Positions 10,701-19,280 of a stretch of DNA of 64,000 nucleotides are shown here, one piece after another; within the stretch, counting starts at the first letter, position 1, and the number at the start of each line of letters is the position of its first letter. A program made the translations under genes and the position numbers. The notes under the pieces are model-generated. The model made no database searches. It was not told the origin of the DNA and saw nothing but the letters and a program-made list of their open reading frames with translations. Origin of the DNA: Bacteroidales bacterium. Its GTDB lineage: Bacteria; Bacteroidota; Bacteroidia; Bacteroidales; UBA4417. The stretch spans positions 84,637 to 148,636 of the forward strand of contig OY762227.1 in assembly GCA_963665485.1 (NCBI GenBank), read 5' to 3'.

Positions 10701-11124
10701 CCCAAACTACATTTGTGTTGTTAGGATCGATAACCACAACGCCTATGGAATACGATTTTTGCCCGTCGAAGACAGGCTCAAAAGTGGTTCCGTTGTTGGT
10801 TGTTTTCCATACATGCCCTGAAGCAACGGCTACAAACCATTCGCTATGATTATTGGGATTTACAGCAAAATCAGCAATACGGCCTGATGTAAAAGCCGGG
10901 CCGATGGAACGCCATTTTAATCCTCCGAAATCAGATGATTTTAAGGAATCGGACTTTGCTTCCTGTTTTGAAGATTCCTTTTTTGAAGATTCCTTTTTCA
11001 CAGTTTCATGTTTTACTTTAGCTTTCTGCGCAACAGTGCCGGAGCCTGAAAACATTACAACAACCAGAATTAAAGTTGCTGTTAAGCTTTTGAAGAATTT
11101 AAATGTGTGCTCTTTCATATACAT
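7771..11124 (-). CDS. BNR/Asp-box repeat protein, sortilin/VPS10- or GH74-like double propeller, secreted
   Basis: At least 10 Asp-box motifs (SxDGGxTW: STDGGKSWK, TIDGGKTWK, TEDGGKTWK, SSDGGKTWS, STDKGRTWT, SNDGGKIWV and others). The likely start is the ATG at 11124 (MYMKEHTFKFF...), which is followed by a signal peptide. The 61-codon upstream extension in the ORF track looks non-coding. Confidence 0.85.
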   Translation of the reverse strand: MYMKEHTFKFFKSLTATLILVVVMFSGSGTVAQKAKVKHETVKKESSKKESSKQEAKSDSLKSSDFGGLKWRSIGPAFTSGRIADFAVNPNNHSEWFVAVASGHVWKTTNNGTTFEPVFDGQKSYSIGVVVIDPNNTNVVWVGTGENNHQRALGYGDGVYKSTDGGKSWKNMGLKASEHIGKIVIDPRNSDIVFVAAEGSAWGPGGDRGMYKTIDGGKTWKKVLEISENTGVNDILIDPRNPDVMYASSEQRRRHVFTKIGGGPETAIYKSTNAGESWDKLKSGLPGGDMGGIGLAISPVNPDYIFAIIEAAGDASGFYRSTNRGASWQKISDHSAQGQYYNEIYCDPKDVNKIYSAETVSQFTEDGGKTWKAIGNNKRHVDDHAIWIDPSDTRHLFIGGDGGIYESFDGGKEFLFKSNLPVTQMYRVQVDNSAPFYNVYGGTQDNNSFGGPSRNTSGSGVVSDDWFVTCGGDGFWSQVDPVEPNIVYSESQYGGMVRYDRKSQESIDIRPEPRKDELSYRWNWNTPLILSSHSPTRLYCAANKVFRSDDRGNTWQVISEDLTAQIDRNTWPVMGKYWSYDAVAKDISTSLYGTIVSMDESPVKENILYVGTDDGVIQSSSDGGKTWSKTDKFTGVPENTYVSDIMASRFDENIVFASFDNILRDDFKPYILKSTDKGRTWTSIAANLPKDETIHSIQQDFINPDLLFVGTEFSFYFSNDGGKIWVKLANGMPSIPVRDITIQKRESDLAIATFGRGFYILEDYSPLRLVTKDLLRKDAYIFPVKDALMYIPSDTKYGQGSTYFIAKNPDFGAVFTYYLKDAPKSLKDMRQEREKKLFEKGERIPQPTAMELRAEREEVPAYLTFTITDGTGNEICRINKAPSSGINRINWDLRYLDRSSVEGKEKYDPFAASHSGIPVMPGKYKVSLSITVRDTVKQLADAVEFNALTLNNSTLPASDKAAVADFQKKVAELSRVMHGTENYADNLSKRVYALQVALNAVPGANMDLRSRISKVSEQLEDIKLKFNNNSDRPSDEENPPAPVTLNNRLSKIAWAHWASTGAPTQMQLDAYKILMAEFPLVYEQVKRIGETDILQLEKEVEKLGAPVTPGRLPVWNK

Positions 11125-11318
11125 TCTGAGATTGATTTGTAGAGGATTCAGGCACCTTTGCCTGGAAATTTGTATAAAACCTGTTAATCGTAACAAAGAT
11201 GAAATTTTATTCATTACCAAAGCCAGGAATGCTGTTGAATTATGTAAAAATGCCTCTGCCATCGGTGAAATCATCATAAAATCTGTTAAAATACATTTGA
11301 TGTACAACTATATTCTTC

Positions 11319-11326
11319 TATATTTG
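11319..11326 (+). promoter_or_regulatory. candidate Bacteroidota -7 promoter box (TAnnTTTG)
   Basis: TATATTTG lies 89 nt upstream of the ATG at 11415. A second match, TACATTTG, is at 11292-11299. Confidence 0.3.
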
Positions 11327-11414
11327 TACTTTTATTGATACTTGAATTATTGAAGTCTGTTTAAACAACGTTAGTCCCTTATTCCCCAATTTATAAATTT
11401 ATAATTCTCTGAGT

Positions 11415-12911
11415 ATGAAAAAGATCAAACTGATTGCGCTCTTGCTTATTTCAATGGTTGTATTCTCTTTAAAATCTTCCGTTGCACAAAACACAACGTT
11501 TAAACTTTCGGACTACAAGAATCCGAAATACTTTTACCAGACGCTGGACATGAATTTCGGATTTGGCAACTCTTCAAATATTCAAAAAAACGACAACTCC
11601 TCTGATTTCTACAACCTGAAAAGCTATTTGTCATCAGTAAATGCTCTGGCATATTATTCAGTCTATGCAAATTCACGCAAATCACAAAGTGAGGTTTATG
11701 CTTATTTTAACGGCGGTTTCAGTTCCAGCGCACAAAAAAATCTGTTCGATCTAGCTAACAACGAGTCGAGACAAAGTACATTATCAAATAATGAATCTTT
11801 TTCTTTTGGTGGAACAAAAAGGTTTTATAATGAAAAACAGAATTATTTCGAAATTGGAGGTTCATTTTCAAATAGTCATTCTGGCAATTTGAGTAAGAAT
11901 AAATCGTTGTACAATGATAATATTACCAATCAAACAAAAAACAACTCAAGTACTTTTTATTCTAATTCAGATTTAGCATTGCACATTGGGAAAGGAAGAA
12001 TTGAGCAGGTTCAGGATGCACGCATGGCATTATATTTAATTGAAGATTTGCACCGTATGAACCGGGATAAACGCCCGGCTTCTGATAAAGATGTGCTGGA
12101 GTTGGCTGAACTTATAACCTCTCTGAAGTACAAACGCTTTTTTGATAACCGGCTGCGAAAAATAGCTGAAATCACGGCCATTGACTCCTTTATGCAGCAA
12201 AAAGGAATAGTGAGCTCTACTGATGCCACCTATTTTACTTCGTTAAACGATAATTGGGACTTTGCTAATAACCCGGCAAGGAACAGCGGTTGGCGTGTTT
12301 TCGCTGGTGTTGAAGGGAGTTTTGGTTATAATTATAATAAAGGCCAGGTGGAATACATAAAGCCTTCTCAAAGCACTCAAGATCAATCGTTTGCTAACAA
12401 TAGTCTAAATGTTTATTTAGTTTCAGGAGTGGACTATGAAAAGCCTATTAACCTTAAATGGCAGAATTCGGCATCTATCAAGGCGCGGTTTGGTTCCATG
12501 TCAACTAAATCAACCAACAAAGCTTCGGGTACATCAGATGTTATTAATTACCTCAGCGAATCTCCAACAATGTATCTAAGTGCCAGCTATGGATTTGGGT
12601 ATTATCCAAACTCAAGAACCTGGTTAACCGCAGATTGGACCCTTTCATCAGGGTACAAAAAGCAATTTACAGGTACATCAAAAAGTGATAAAGAAAATTC
12701 AACAAATAGCTTCTTACTTTATACAGGGCCAAGTGCTCATGCTTATTATTATTTGTCTGAAAGACTCAGGTTGAGTATAAACTTTACAGGTTATCTTCAA
12801 CTCAATAATGATAATTATATAACTGATATCCCTGAAAATTCTGATAATAATCAGACCAAAACAGTATGGGATTATCACCTGAATGCCTCGCTTACGTATA
12901 GTTTGTTTTAA
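11415..12911 (+). CDS. putative outer-membrane beta-barrel protein
   Basis: Signal peptide (LISMVVFSLKSSVAQ). The sequence is N/S/Y-rich with alternating-hydrophobicity strands, and it ends in LTYSLF, an aromatic terminus typical of OMP beta-signals. Confidence 0.6.
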   Translation: MKKIKLIALLLISMVVFSLKSSVAQNTTFKLSDYKNPKYFYQTLDMNFGFGNSSNIQKNDNSSDFYNLKSYLSSVNALAYYSVYANSRKSQSEVYAYFNGGFSSSAQKNLFDLANNESRQSTLSNNESFSFGGTKRFYNEKQNYFEIGGSFSNSHSGNLSKNKSLYNDNITNQTKNNSSTFYSNSDLALHIGKGRIEQVQDARMALYLIEDLHRMNRDKRPASDKDVLELAELITSLKYKRFFDNRLRKIAEITAIDSFMQQKGIVSSTDATYFTSLNDNWDFANNPARNSGWRVFAGVEGSFGYNYNKGQVEYIKPSQSTQDQSFANNSLNVYLVSGVDYEKPINLKWQNSASIKARFGSMSTKSTNKASGTSDVINYLSESPTMYLSASYGFGYYPNSRTWLTADWTLSSGYKKQFTGTSKSDKENSTNSFLLYTGPSAHAYYYLSERLRLSINFTGYLQLNNDNYITDIPENSDNNQTKTVWDYHLNASLTYSLF

Positions 12912-13085
12912 ACAAATCTAATTTAAGTCAGGTAAAAAAATTTCCTGATTGTGCTTCACGTAATTGAAAAAAGGGAATTATTCAGCGCAATGCAACCATT
13001 TCGCTGTATAAGATCCCTTTACTGGCATGAAACCGAAGCTAGCGAAGCCGGAAAGCAAAGGGGCGACAAATGGCGATTTAAGAAT

Positions 13086-13093
13086 TACTTTTG
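13086..13093 (+). promoter_or_regulatory. candidate -7 promoter box (TAnnTTTG)
   Basis: TACTTTTG lies 24 nt upstream of the sigma-factor start codon. Confidence 0.3.
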
Positions 13094-13116
13094 TAAAAGG
13101 CTAAACATCTGATGGA

Positions 13117-13677
13117 TTGAGGAACGTTGTACAACTGATTTCCGGGAATAAGAGCGATATTGAGCGGGACCTCGTGCGGGGTTGCACCCGTAACGATCGC
13201 ATTGCCCAGCGCGACCTTTATCACAAGTATTGCGATGCCATGTTCACCATAGCTTACCGCATTGTCAGCAACCGCGATGATGCCCACGACGCACTGCAGG
13301 ATGCCTTTATACAGGTTTTCCGCGATATAGCGCAGTACAGGTTCGATTCCACCTTAGGCGCATGGATCAAGACCATTGTTGTTCGCACTTCGTTGAAATT
13401 GCTTTCGAAAAATCGTAAACTGGCTTTTGCCGATTTGGATGAAACAAAAAGCGATGAAATGATCCTTATCCCTGATACGCTGAACAGTGAATACCTCGAA
13501 AAAATAATTCTTTCGTTACCCGATGGATACAGGACGGTTTTCTTGCTCACCGAGGTTGAAGGCTATAGCCATGAAGAGGCTGCCAAAATGCTTGGCATTT
13601 CAACAGGAACTTCCAAATCGCAATTGCATCACGCAAAGAAAATGCTTAAGAACCGGCTTGCCGCGTTGAATGACTGA
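13117..13677 (+). CDS. ECF-type RNA polymerase sigma-70 family factor
   Basis: Region 2 (RDDAHDALQDAFIQVFRDIAQY) and region 4 HTH (LPDGYRTVFLLTEVEGYSHEEAAKMLGISTGTSKSQLHHAKKMLK) are both recognisable. The start codon is TTG and no in-frame ATG lies upstream. Confidence 0.9.
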   Translation: MRNVVQLISGNKSDIERDLVRGCTRNDRIAQRDLYHKYCDAMFTIAYRIVSNRDDAHDALQDAFIQVFRDIAQYRFDSTLGAWIKTIVVRTSLKLLSKNRKLAFADLDETKSDEMILIPDTLNSEYLEKIILSLPDGYRTVFLLTEVEGYSHEEAAKMLGISTGTSKSQLHHAKKMLKNRLAALND

Positions 13678-13682
13678 TAAAC

Positions 13683-15170
13683 ATGGACGAAAACAAAAAC
13701 CATAGTATTAACAGGCTCAGCGAACAGCTGCCATCACATTCTCCTGACAAGGGGACATGGCAACGCCTTTCGGACAAGCTCGATAGTATGGATTCAGAAA
13801 CTGCTTATTATGAAAAGCTCCGGGGACTACCGGTTCATTCGCCTGACGCGGGAACCTGGAACCTGATTTATTCGAGACTCAGCCGTATCGCTTATTATAA
13901 AACCGGTGTCCGGATAGCTTTATCAGCTGCGGCAGTGCTGTTAGTATTCTTCACCGTTTCACGTATTTCGGATCAGTACCAAAATAAGCCAAACAGAGTT
14001 CCACAAGTTGCCAAACAGGAAAAGCTCTTAGAACTTCCCGGGAAATCAAATCGGGACGCTACGCCGGAAACAAAGGAACCGGAAACGACGAACCCAAATC
14101 GCAAGTACAGGAATCATCCTTCTGACGTTAACCTGGCGGCGAAAATGCCTGTAATGCATGATGCCATTACCGAAAAGAGTGAATCTGCCGAAGAACTCTC
14201 AAGAGCTGATAACATTGGCGTTTCTACAGGAATTCAGGAACCCGGGCAGGTCGTTACTGGTTATAACGATGCAATTACCGGGACCGGGAATGTAGTGATT
14301 CCGGTAGCCAGCGACGGCGAAACACATTTAAATGTGGAAAAGGGTTCGGACCTTGCAGTTCAAAGTAACGGTTTTCAAGATACTGTTACCCTTGCTAAAA
14401 AAATACTAAATCCTGAAACGGAACCTAAATCAATTTTATTCCAGAAAGAGCAATATGCTGCAACACCTCTTCCTTTAAAATATAGTGTTCCCGATGATCC
14501 GAAACCAATGAGCCAGAAAAACCATTTTGCCCTGGCTATGAATTACCTTCCCGAAAACATCAATAACGGCACCAAAAATTCTCTTTTTCACAATGTTGAT
14601 CTTACCGCTAGCTATAACAAGGAAAAAGTGAGGTTCAACACCAGTTTAGGTATGGCTTATAATGAAGAACAAATAGAATTTAATGTCAACTACAACATCA
14701 ATACACCAGTAACAGCTTATGGACAGGGAGGCAAACTGGATACGTTAGGTTATAGTCAGGCAAATATGCGTTCGCAATACACCGGAAATGAAAAACACCA
14801 GTACTTTACTTATAACCTAGGCCTGGGTAGAAAACTCTTTAGTTCCGGGAAATTTTCGACATGGGTCAATCTTGGGGCCGGATTTGGCATCCTGCTGAAT
14901 AATTCTGACCTGATCGCCTCAACTGAAAATTCAGTTATGAGCCAGAACAATGTGCTAAGTTTCAGCGTCGACAGTTCAAAACCAGTTTATAACAGTGTAA
15001 ATGTGAACGTTGTTACCGCTATTGATTTTAACTATAATATCTTTAACAGGTTAAGTATTACCTTCACTCCTACGAGCCGTTGGTATTTAAAACCGGTTCT
15101 TTCGTTGGACAGCCAGTCAACAGATAAACTTACCCTCGGATTTAAGACCGGAATGAAATTCGACTTTTAA
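13683..15170 (+). CDS. putative anti-sigma factor with one TM helix, a low-complexity linker and a C-terminal beta-barrel-like domain
   Basis: Starts 6 nt after the sigma gene. It has a duplicated N-terminal motif (LPSHSPDKGTWQRLSDKL / LPVHSPDAGTWNLIYSRL) and a TM helix (VRIALSAAAVLLVFFTV). A P/E/T/N-rich linker is followed by ~230 aa of alternating strands ending in GMKFDF. Confidence 0.6.
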   Translation: MDENKNHSINRLSEQLPSHSPDKGTWQRLSDKLDSMDSETAYYEKLRGLPVHSPDAGTWNLIYSRLSRIAYYKTGVRIALSAAAVLLVFFTVSRISDQYQNKPNRVPQVAKQEKLLELPGKSNRDATPETKEPETTNPNRKYRNHPSDVNLAAKMPVMHDAITEKSESAEELSRADNIGVSTGIQEPGQVVTGYNDAITGTGNVVIPVASDGETHLNVEKGSDLAVQSNGFQDTVTLAKKILNPETEPKSILFQKEQYAATPLPLKYSVPDDPKPMSQKNHFALAMNYLPENINNGTKNSLFHNVDLTASYNKEKVRFNTSLGMAYNEEQIEFNVNYNINTPVTAYGQGGKLDTLGYSQANMRSQYTGNEKHQYFTYNLGLGRKLFSSGKFSTWVNLGAGFGILLNNSDLIASTENSVMSQNNVLSFSVDSSKPVYNSVNVNVVTAIDFNYNIFNRLSITFTPTSRWYLKPVLSLDSQSTDKLTLGFKTGMKFDF

Positions 15171-15293
15171 TCAGATTATCCGCTTTCACTGAGATTAAAA
15201 GTTTCGTACGATATTTGCATGCCTGGTTTATTGATTCAGGCGACAAGTACAATCAAAATAGGAATTTAGCTTGCATTAGCTGCCGATATTCAT

Positions 15294-15301
15294 TATATTT
15301 G
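15294..15301 (+). promoter_or_regulatory. candidate -7 promoter box (TAnnTTTG)
   Basis: TATATTTG lies 32 nt upstream of the usp ATG at 15334. Confidence 0.35.
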
Positions 15302-15333
15302 TAGTACGAAATGATCGTTAAACTATTTGTAAA

Positions 15334-15768
15334 ATGAATAAGATACTAGTTGCTGTTGACCTTTCGGATGTTGCGACCGTAGCTCTTAATCATACTGCTT
15401 CATTCGCCCTGGCGTTTAAAAGCCATGTCCGTATTTTGCATGTTGAGGTTCCTGTTCCCGCTTATATCGGAAACGAAGTTGTTCAACCGGTAGTTCCAAC
15501 CGATAACGAAGAAGAACTGGAACGGATCAGGAAGGACTTATCGGCAATGGTTGATCACCTTAGTCGGCGCGGTATTGAAGTCGATTACGAACTTGTAAAA
15601 GGTCCGGTAGTTGAATCGATTATAGAAAAAGCCGCAAATTACAATGCTGACCTGATTATCCTGGGTGCCCATAACCATGGTTTCCTCTACAGGGCTTTTA
15701 TAGGAAGCGTATGTTCAGGTGTCGTAAAACATTCTCCATGTCCCGTTCTGATTATTCCGTCTAAATAA
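15334..15768 (+). CDS. universal stress protein (UspA family)
   Basis: 144 aa. Begins KILVAVDLSD and ends with the Usp ATP-binding region (DLIILGAHNHGFLYRAFIGSVCSGVVKHSPCPVLIIP). Confidence 0.9.
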   Translation: MNKILVAVDLSDVATVALNHTASFALAFKSHVRILHVEVPVPAYIGNEVVQPVVPTDNEEELERIRKDLSAMVDHLSRRGIEVDYELVKGPVVESIIEKAANYNADLIILGAHNHGFLYRAFIGSVCSGVVKHSPCPVLIIPSK

Positions 15769-15806
15769 TAACTGATTTTCTTTTTAGATCTCCCAGAAAC
15801 ACAGCT

Positions 15807-16268
15807 ATGGTTTTCTATTCCACTGTATTATTTGTAAAGGACATCGAGGTATCAAAAAATTTCTTCATACGTTTCCTTAATTTTTCAGTCGAACATGATT
15901 TCGGGAAAAATGCAATTATGAGTAACGGGCTTTCTCTTTGGGAAATTAACCCGGGACATTTAATAAACAAGCAGTTAGAAACCTCAAATGAATCGAATAG
16001 ATTTGAACTTTATTTCGAAACTGATAACCTGGAGGAGATTTCACTAAAACTGAAAACCGCCGGAGTAAAATTCCTACACTCCATTCTGGAGGAATCCTGG
16101 GGACAAAGAACAATCCGGTTTTTTGATCCTGACAACCACCTTATTGAAATAGGTGAACCTATGGATGTATTTATAAATAACATGTATAAAAACGGGTTAA
16201 CAACCGCGCAGATTTCAGCAAAAACTGGTATTCCAATTGAAAAAGTAGTTGATTTAATCTGGAAATGA
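15807..16268 (+). CDS. VOC family (glyoxalase/bleomycin-resistance-like) protein
   Basis: 153 aa. Paired beta-alpha-beta-beta-beta pattern (VLFVKDIEVSKNFF...; RTIRFFDPDNHLIEIGE) typical of the VOC fold. Confidence 0.7.
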   Translation: MVFYSTVLFVKDIEVSKNFFIRFLNFSVEHDFGKNAIMSNGLSLWEINPGHLINKQLETSNESNRFELYFETDNLEEISLKLKTAGVKFLHSILEESWGQRTIRFFDPDNHLIEIGEPMDVFINNMYKNGLTTAQISAKTGIPIEKVVDLIWK

Positions 16269-16275
16269 TTTCAAA

Positions 16276-16680
16276 ATGAACACTCAACTCATAGCGCCAT
16301 GCGGCATGAATTGCGGAATCTGCATGGCTTACCTGCGTGATAAAAACGTTTGTAAGGGTTGTTGGAGCGATAACGGGGATAAATCAAAATCCTGTATAAA
16401 CTGTTCCATTAAAAATTGCAATTTGTTAAGTAAAACAGACCCGAAATTCTGCTACGAGTGTACAAAATTTCCCTGTTCCCGTATAAAACAGCTGGATAAA
16501 CGATATAGGTTGAAATATAACATGAGTATGATTGAGAACCTGCATTATATTCAAAAATTCGGGTTGCAAAACTTTGAACAAACGGAAGCCATCAGGTGGA
16601 AGTGCTCTACTTGTGGTGGAACTATCTGTGTTCATCGGGGGTACTGCTTAAAATGTCACCCAAAAAAACAATTGAAGTAA
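16276..16680 (+). CDS. DUF3795-like Cys-rich protein
   Basis: N-terminal IAPCGMNCGICMAYL followed by several CxxC clusters. The ~130-aa size is typical of DUF3795. Confidence 0.7.
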   Translation: MNTQLIAPCGMNCGICMAYLRDKNVCKGCWSDNGDKSKSCINCSIKNCNLLSKTDPKFCYECTKFPCSRIKQLDKRYRLKYNMSMIENLHYIQKFGLQNFEQTEAIRWKCSTCGGTICVHRGYCLKCHPKKQLK

Positions 16681-16725
16681 TTGTCGAAATGCACAGTGGG
16701 TAGCGCCATGATTAAAAACCTGAAT

Positions 16726-18567
16726 TTACCGCGATTTTCCGCCTAACAGACGGTCAGCGAGTCCAGCCTCCCCCATTTTCGCCAGCGTTTGCCTTATCCA
16801 CTGTCGATTTTCAGGTTTATACCAGAAGAAAAACTTCCTTTGATCTTCCTTTTCCTGTCGGCTTCGGGCTGTGAACACCCGTTCACCGGTATATGGATGA
16901 ATGCCAGAATAATAGATAGCGCTTGCCAGGGTTAAGGGCGTTGGCGTAAAATCCTGGACCTGCTCCAGCTGAAATCCCAATTCCCGCGTTTCACAAGCTA
17001 AATGAGCCATATCGTTGAGCTCGCTGCCGGGGTGGCTCGAAATAAAATAAGGAATGATTTGCTGTTTGAGACCTTCCTGCTGGTTTAGCTTATCAAAGGT
17101 TTGCTTGAACTGGTGAAACAGTTTAAACGATGGCTTCCGCATAATTTTCAGGATATGATCGCTGGTATGTTCAGGTGCAACTTTCAGCCGGCCAGAGACA
17201 TGGTTTTTTACCAGGTTGCGCGTATAATCTGTTAATCCGAAACGTTTATCATCCTCAGCACTGCGACCAATTAGCATATCGTATCGGATTCCGCTTCCGA
17301 TATAGATTTTTTTAATGCCTTTGATTGCTGCTGCCTGTTTGTATAAACTGGTGAGTGGTTTGTGATCGGTATTCAGGTTATTGCAGATGGAAGGAAAAAT
17401 ACAGGACGGACGTTTGCATTTCTCGCAAATATCAAGGTCGAAGCCTTGCATCTTGTACATATTGGCGGATGGACCTCCAAGGTCGGAGACATTCCCGCCG
17501 AAGTCGGGCATTTCGGTAATGGATTTTACCTCGTTAAGAATGGATTTCTCTGAACGGCTGGAGATAAATTTCCCCTGGTGAGCACTTAATGTACAAAAAG
17601 CACATCCACCGAAGCAACCGCGATGCATGGTTACTGAATGGCGGATCATTTCGTAAGCAGGAACAGTTCCGCGCTTTTTATATTTAGGATGTGGAAGCCG
17701 TGTATAAGGCAAAGCGTAAACGGCATCCAATTCGTTGGAAGTCATTAGCGGGAAAGGCGGGTTAATGATCACAGCTTTATCGCCTGAGTGTTGAATTAGC
17801 TTTTTTGCTGAGGCTTTATTGCTTTCCTGTTCAATATGTTTGAACGATTCACCAAATGCTTTCTTGTCTTTCAGGCAAGCCGTAAACGATGGAAGCGTGA
17901 TAGAATTTGCACTGGTATCAAAATCCTTAACGGCTGCTTCGGGCACTACAAAACCGGTTTGAGGAACATCCGTTATCCAGCCCACTTCAGGATTTTCATT
18001 CAGTCTTTTCAAAACCTCCACAATTCCTTTTTCGGCCATGCCATATACCAAAAGATCCGCGCCGCTCTCAATCAGTATGGAAGGTTTCAGCGTATCCGAC
18101 CAGTAATCGTAATGGGCCAGCCGCCGCATACTTGCTTCTATACCACCAATTACTACAGGAACATCGGGATATAGCTTTTTCAGAATCTGTGAATAAACAA
18201 CCGTGGCATAATCCGGCCTGAATCCGGCTTTTCCACCCGGAGTGTACGCATCGTCAGATCGCAGCCGTTTTCCGGCTGTATAATGATTCACCATGCTGTC
18301 CATATTGCCGGCAGCAACAGCAAAACAAAGTCTGGGTTTGCCAAATTTCCGGAAATCGCGCAGATCGTCTTTCCAGTTGGGCTGGGGTACAATGGCAACC
18401 GTGAAGCCGGCATTTTCGATAACCCTGGCAATCACTGCCGTTCCAAATGCCGGATGATCCACATAGGCATCGCCCGAAATGATTACAACATCAACCTCAT
18501 CCCAGCCATGGGCAAGCATTTCGTCGCGTGTAATCGGAAGCCAGGCTTTCAGGGGGAGTTGATCCAT
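16726..18567 (-). CDS. ygiQ: YgiQ family (UPF0313) radical SAM protein
   Basis: WLPITRDEM..GWDEVDVVIISGDAYVDHPAFG N-terminus, the CFGGCAFC radical-SAM cluster motif and a ~610-aa length. The start is taken as the ATG at 18567 (MDQLPLKAWLP), because the longer track ORF would run into the divergent GNAT gene. Confidence 0.9.
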   Translation of the reverse strand: MDQLPLKAWLPITRDEMLAHGWDEVDVVIISGDAYVDHPAFGTAVIARVIENAGFTVAIVPQPNWKDDLRDFRKFGKPRLCFAVAAGNMDSMVNHYTAGKRLRSDDAYTPGGKAGFRPDYATVVYSQILKKLYPDVPVVIGGIEASMRRLAHYDYWSDTLKPSILIESGADLLVYGMAEKGIVEVLKRLNENPEVGWITDVPQTGFVVPEAAVKDFDTSANSITLPSFTACLKDKKAFGESFKHIEQESNKASAKKLIQHSGDKAVIINPPFPLMTSNELDAVYALPYTRLPHPKYKKRGTVPAYEMIRHSVTMHRGCFGGCAFCTLSAHQGKFISSRSEKSILNEVKSITEMPDFGGNVSDLGGPSANMYKMQGFDLDICEKCKRPSCIFPSICNNLNTDHKPLTSLYKQAAAIKGIKKIYIGSGIRYDMLIGRSAEDDKRFGLTDYTRNLVKNHVSGRLKVAPEHTSDHILKIMRKPSFKLFHQFKQTFDKLNQQEGLKQQIIPYFISSHPGSELNDMAHLACETRELGFQLEQVQDFTPTPLTLASAIYYSGIHPYTGERVFTARSRQEKEDQRKFFFWYKPENRQWIRQTLAKMGEAGLADRLLGGKSR

Positions 18568-18712
18568 CGTGATTTGAAAATTTCTGCAAAGATACGGATT
18601 GAAGGAATATCGGCTATCTTTGTTAAGATGATTGAGGAGATTGAGGGTTTGAGAGTTTGAAGATTTATTGGTTTTGGATTCTTTTAAAGTATATTCAAAT
18701 AATTCACAGAGC

Positions 18713-19216
18713 ATGATTAAAAACGCTGATTCTGAATTACGGCATTTCCAAATCAGGAATGCTGAAGAAAGTGATGTTCAACTAATCCTCCGGTTTATTA
18801 AAGGACTTGGCGAATATGAAAAACTCAGCCACGAAGTAGTTGCTACCGAGGAGAAACTACGTAAAAGCCTGTTTAAACAAAAAATGGCCGAAGTAATTAT
18901 TGGCGAATTTGGTGGCATACCGATTGGATTTGCTTTGTTTTTTTATAACTATTCTACCTTTTTAGGGCAGGCAGGAATCTACCTAGAAGATTTGTATATC
19001 GTTCCTGAAATGCGGGGAAAGGGTTTTGGCAAAACTATGTTAAAGCACCTTGCAAAACTCGCTGTTGACCGGGATTGCGGACGATTGGAATGGGCATGCC
19101 TCGATTGGAACGAACCATCTATATGTTTTTACAAAGGTTTAGGCGCAACAGCGCTGGATGACTGGACAGTTTACAGGGTTACAGGGAAAACGTTGCTGGA
19201 AATGGCAAAGGATTAA
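18713..19216 (+). CDS. GNAT family N-acetyltransferase (diamine/SSAT-like)
   Basis: Acetyl-CoA binding motif (VPEMRGKGFGKTMLKHLAKLA) followed by EWACLDWNEPSICFYKGLGA. The ATG at 18713 is preferred over the TTG at 18668. Confidence 0.85.
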   Translation: MIKNADSELRHFQIRNAEESDVQLILRFIKGLGEYEKLSHEVVATEEKLRKSLFKQKMAEVIIGEFGGIPIGFALFFYNYSTFLGQAGIYLEDLYIVPEMRGKGFGKTMLKHLAKLAVDRDCGRLEWACLDWNEPSICFYKGLGATALDDWTVYRVTGKTLLEMAKD

Positions 19217-19280
19217 TTTTTTCGGACTACTGAAAATCAACATATTTACTCCTCCTTTTATCCATACTAATCAATATTTC

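Noticed and set aside
11125-11307. N-terminal 61-codon extension of the BNR protein ORF (track 7771-11307)
   Set aside because: The extension lacks signal-peptide logic and runs into the AT-rich divergent promoter region. The internal ATG at 11124 is followed by a typical signal peptide.
10853-11338. 161-aa + strand ORF
   Set aside because: It is antisense to the well-supported BNR gene and runs into the promoter region. Its composition is low-complexity and has no motifs, so it is a shadow ORF.
18568-18714. Longer YgiQ start (track 16726-18714) and the 125-aa + ORF at 18283-18660
   Set aside because: The long start would overlap the divergent GNAT gene, and conserved YgiQ sequence begins at MDQLPLKAWLP. 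The + ORF is antisense to ygiQ.
19158-19280. Upstream extension of the GMC oxidoreductase ORF, overlapping the GNAT gene
   Set aside because: The Rossmann motif begins right after the ATG at 19281. The extension overlaps the GNAT 3' end in another frame.
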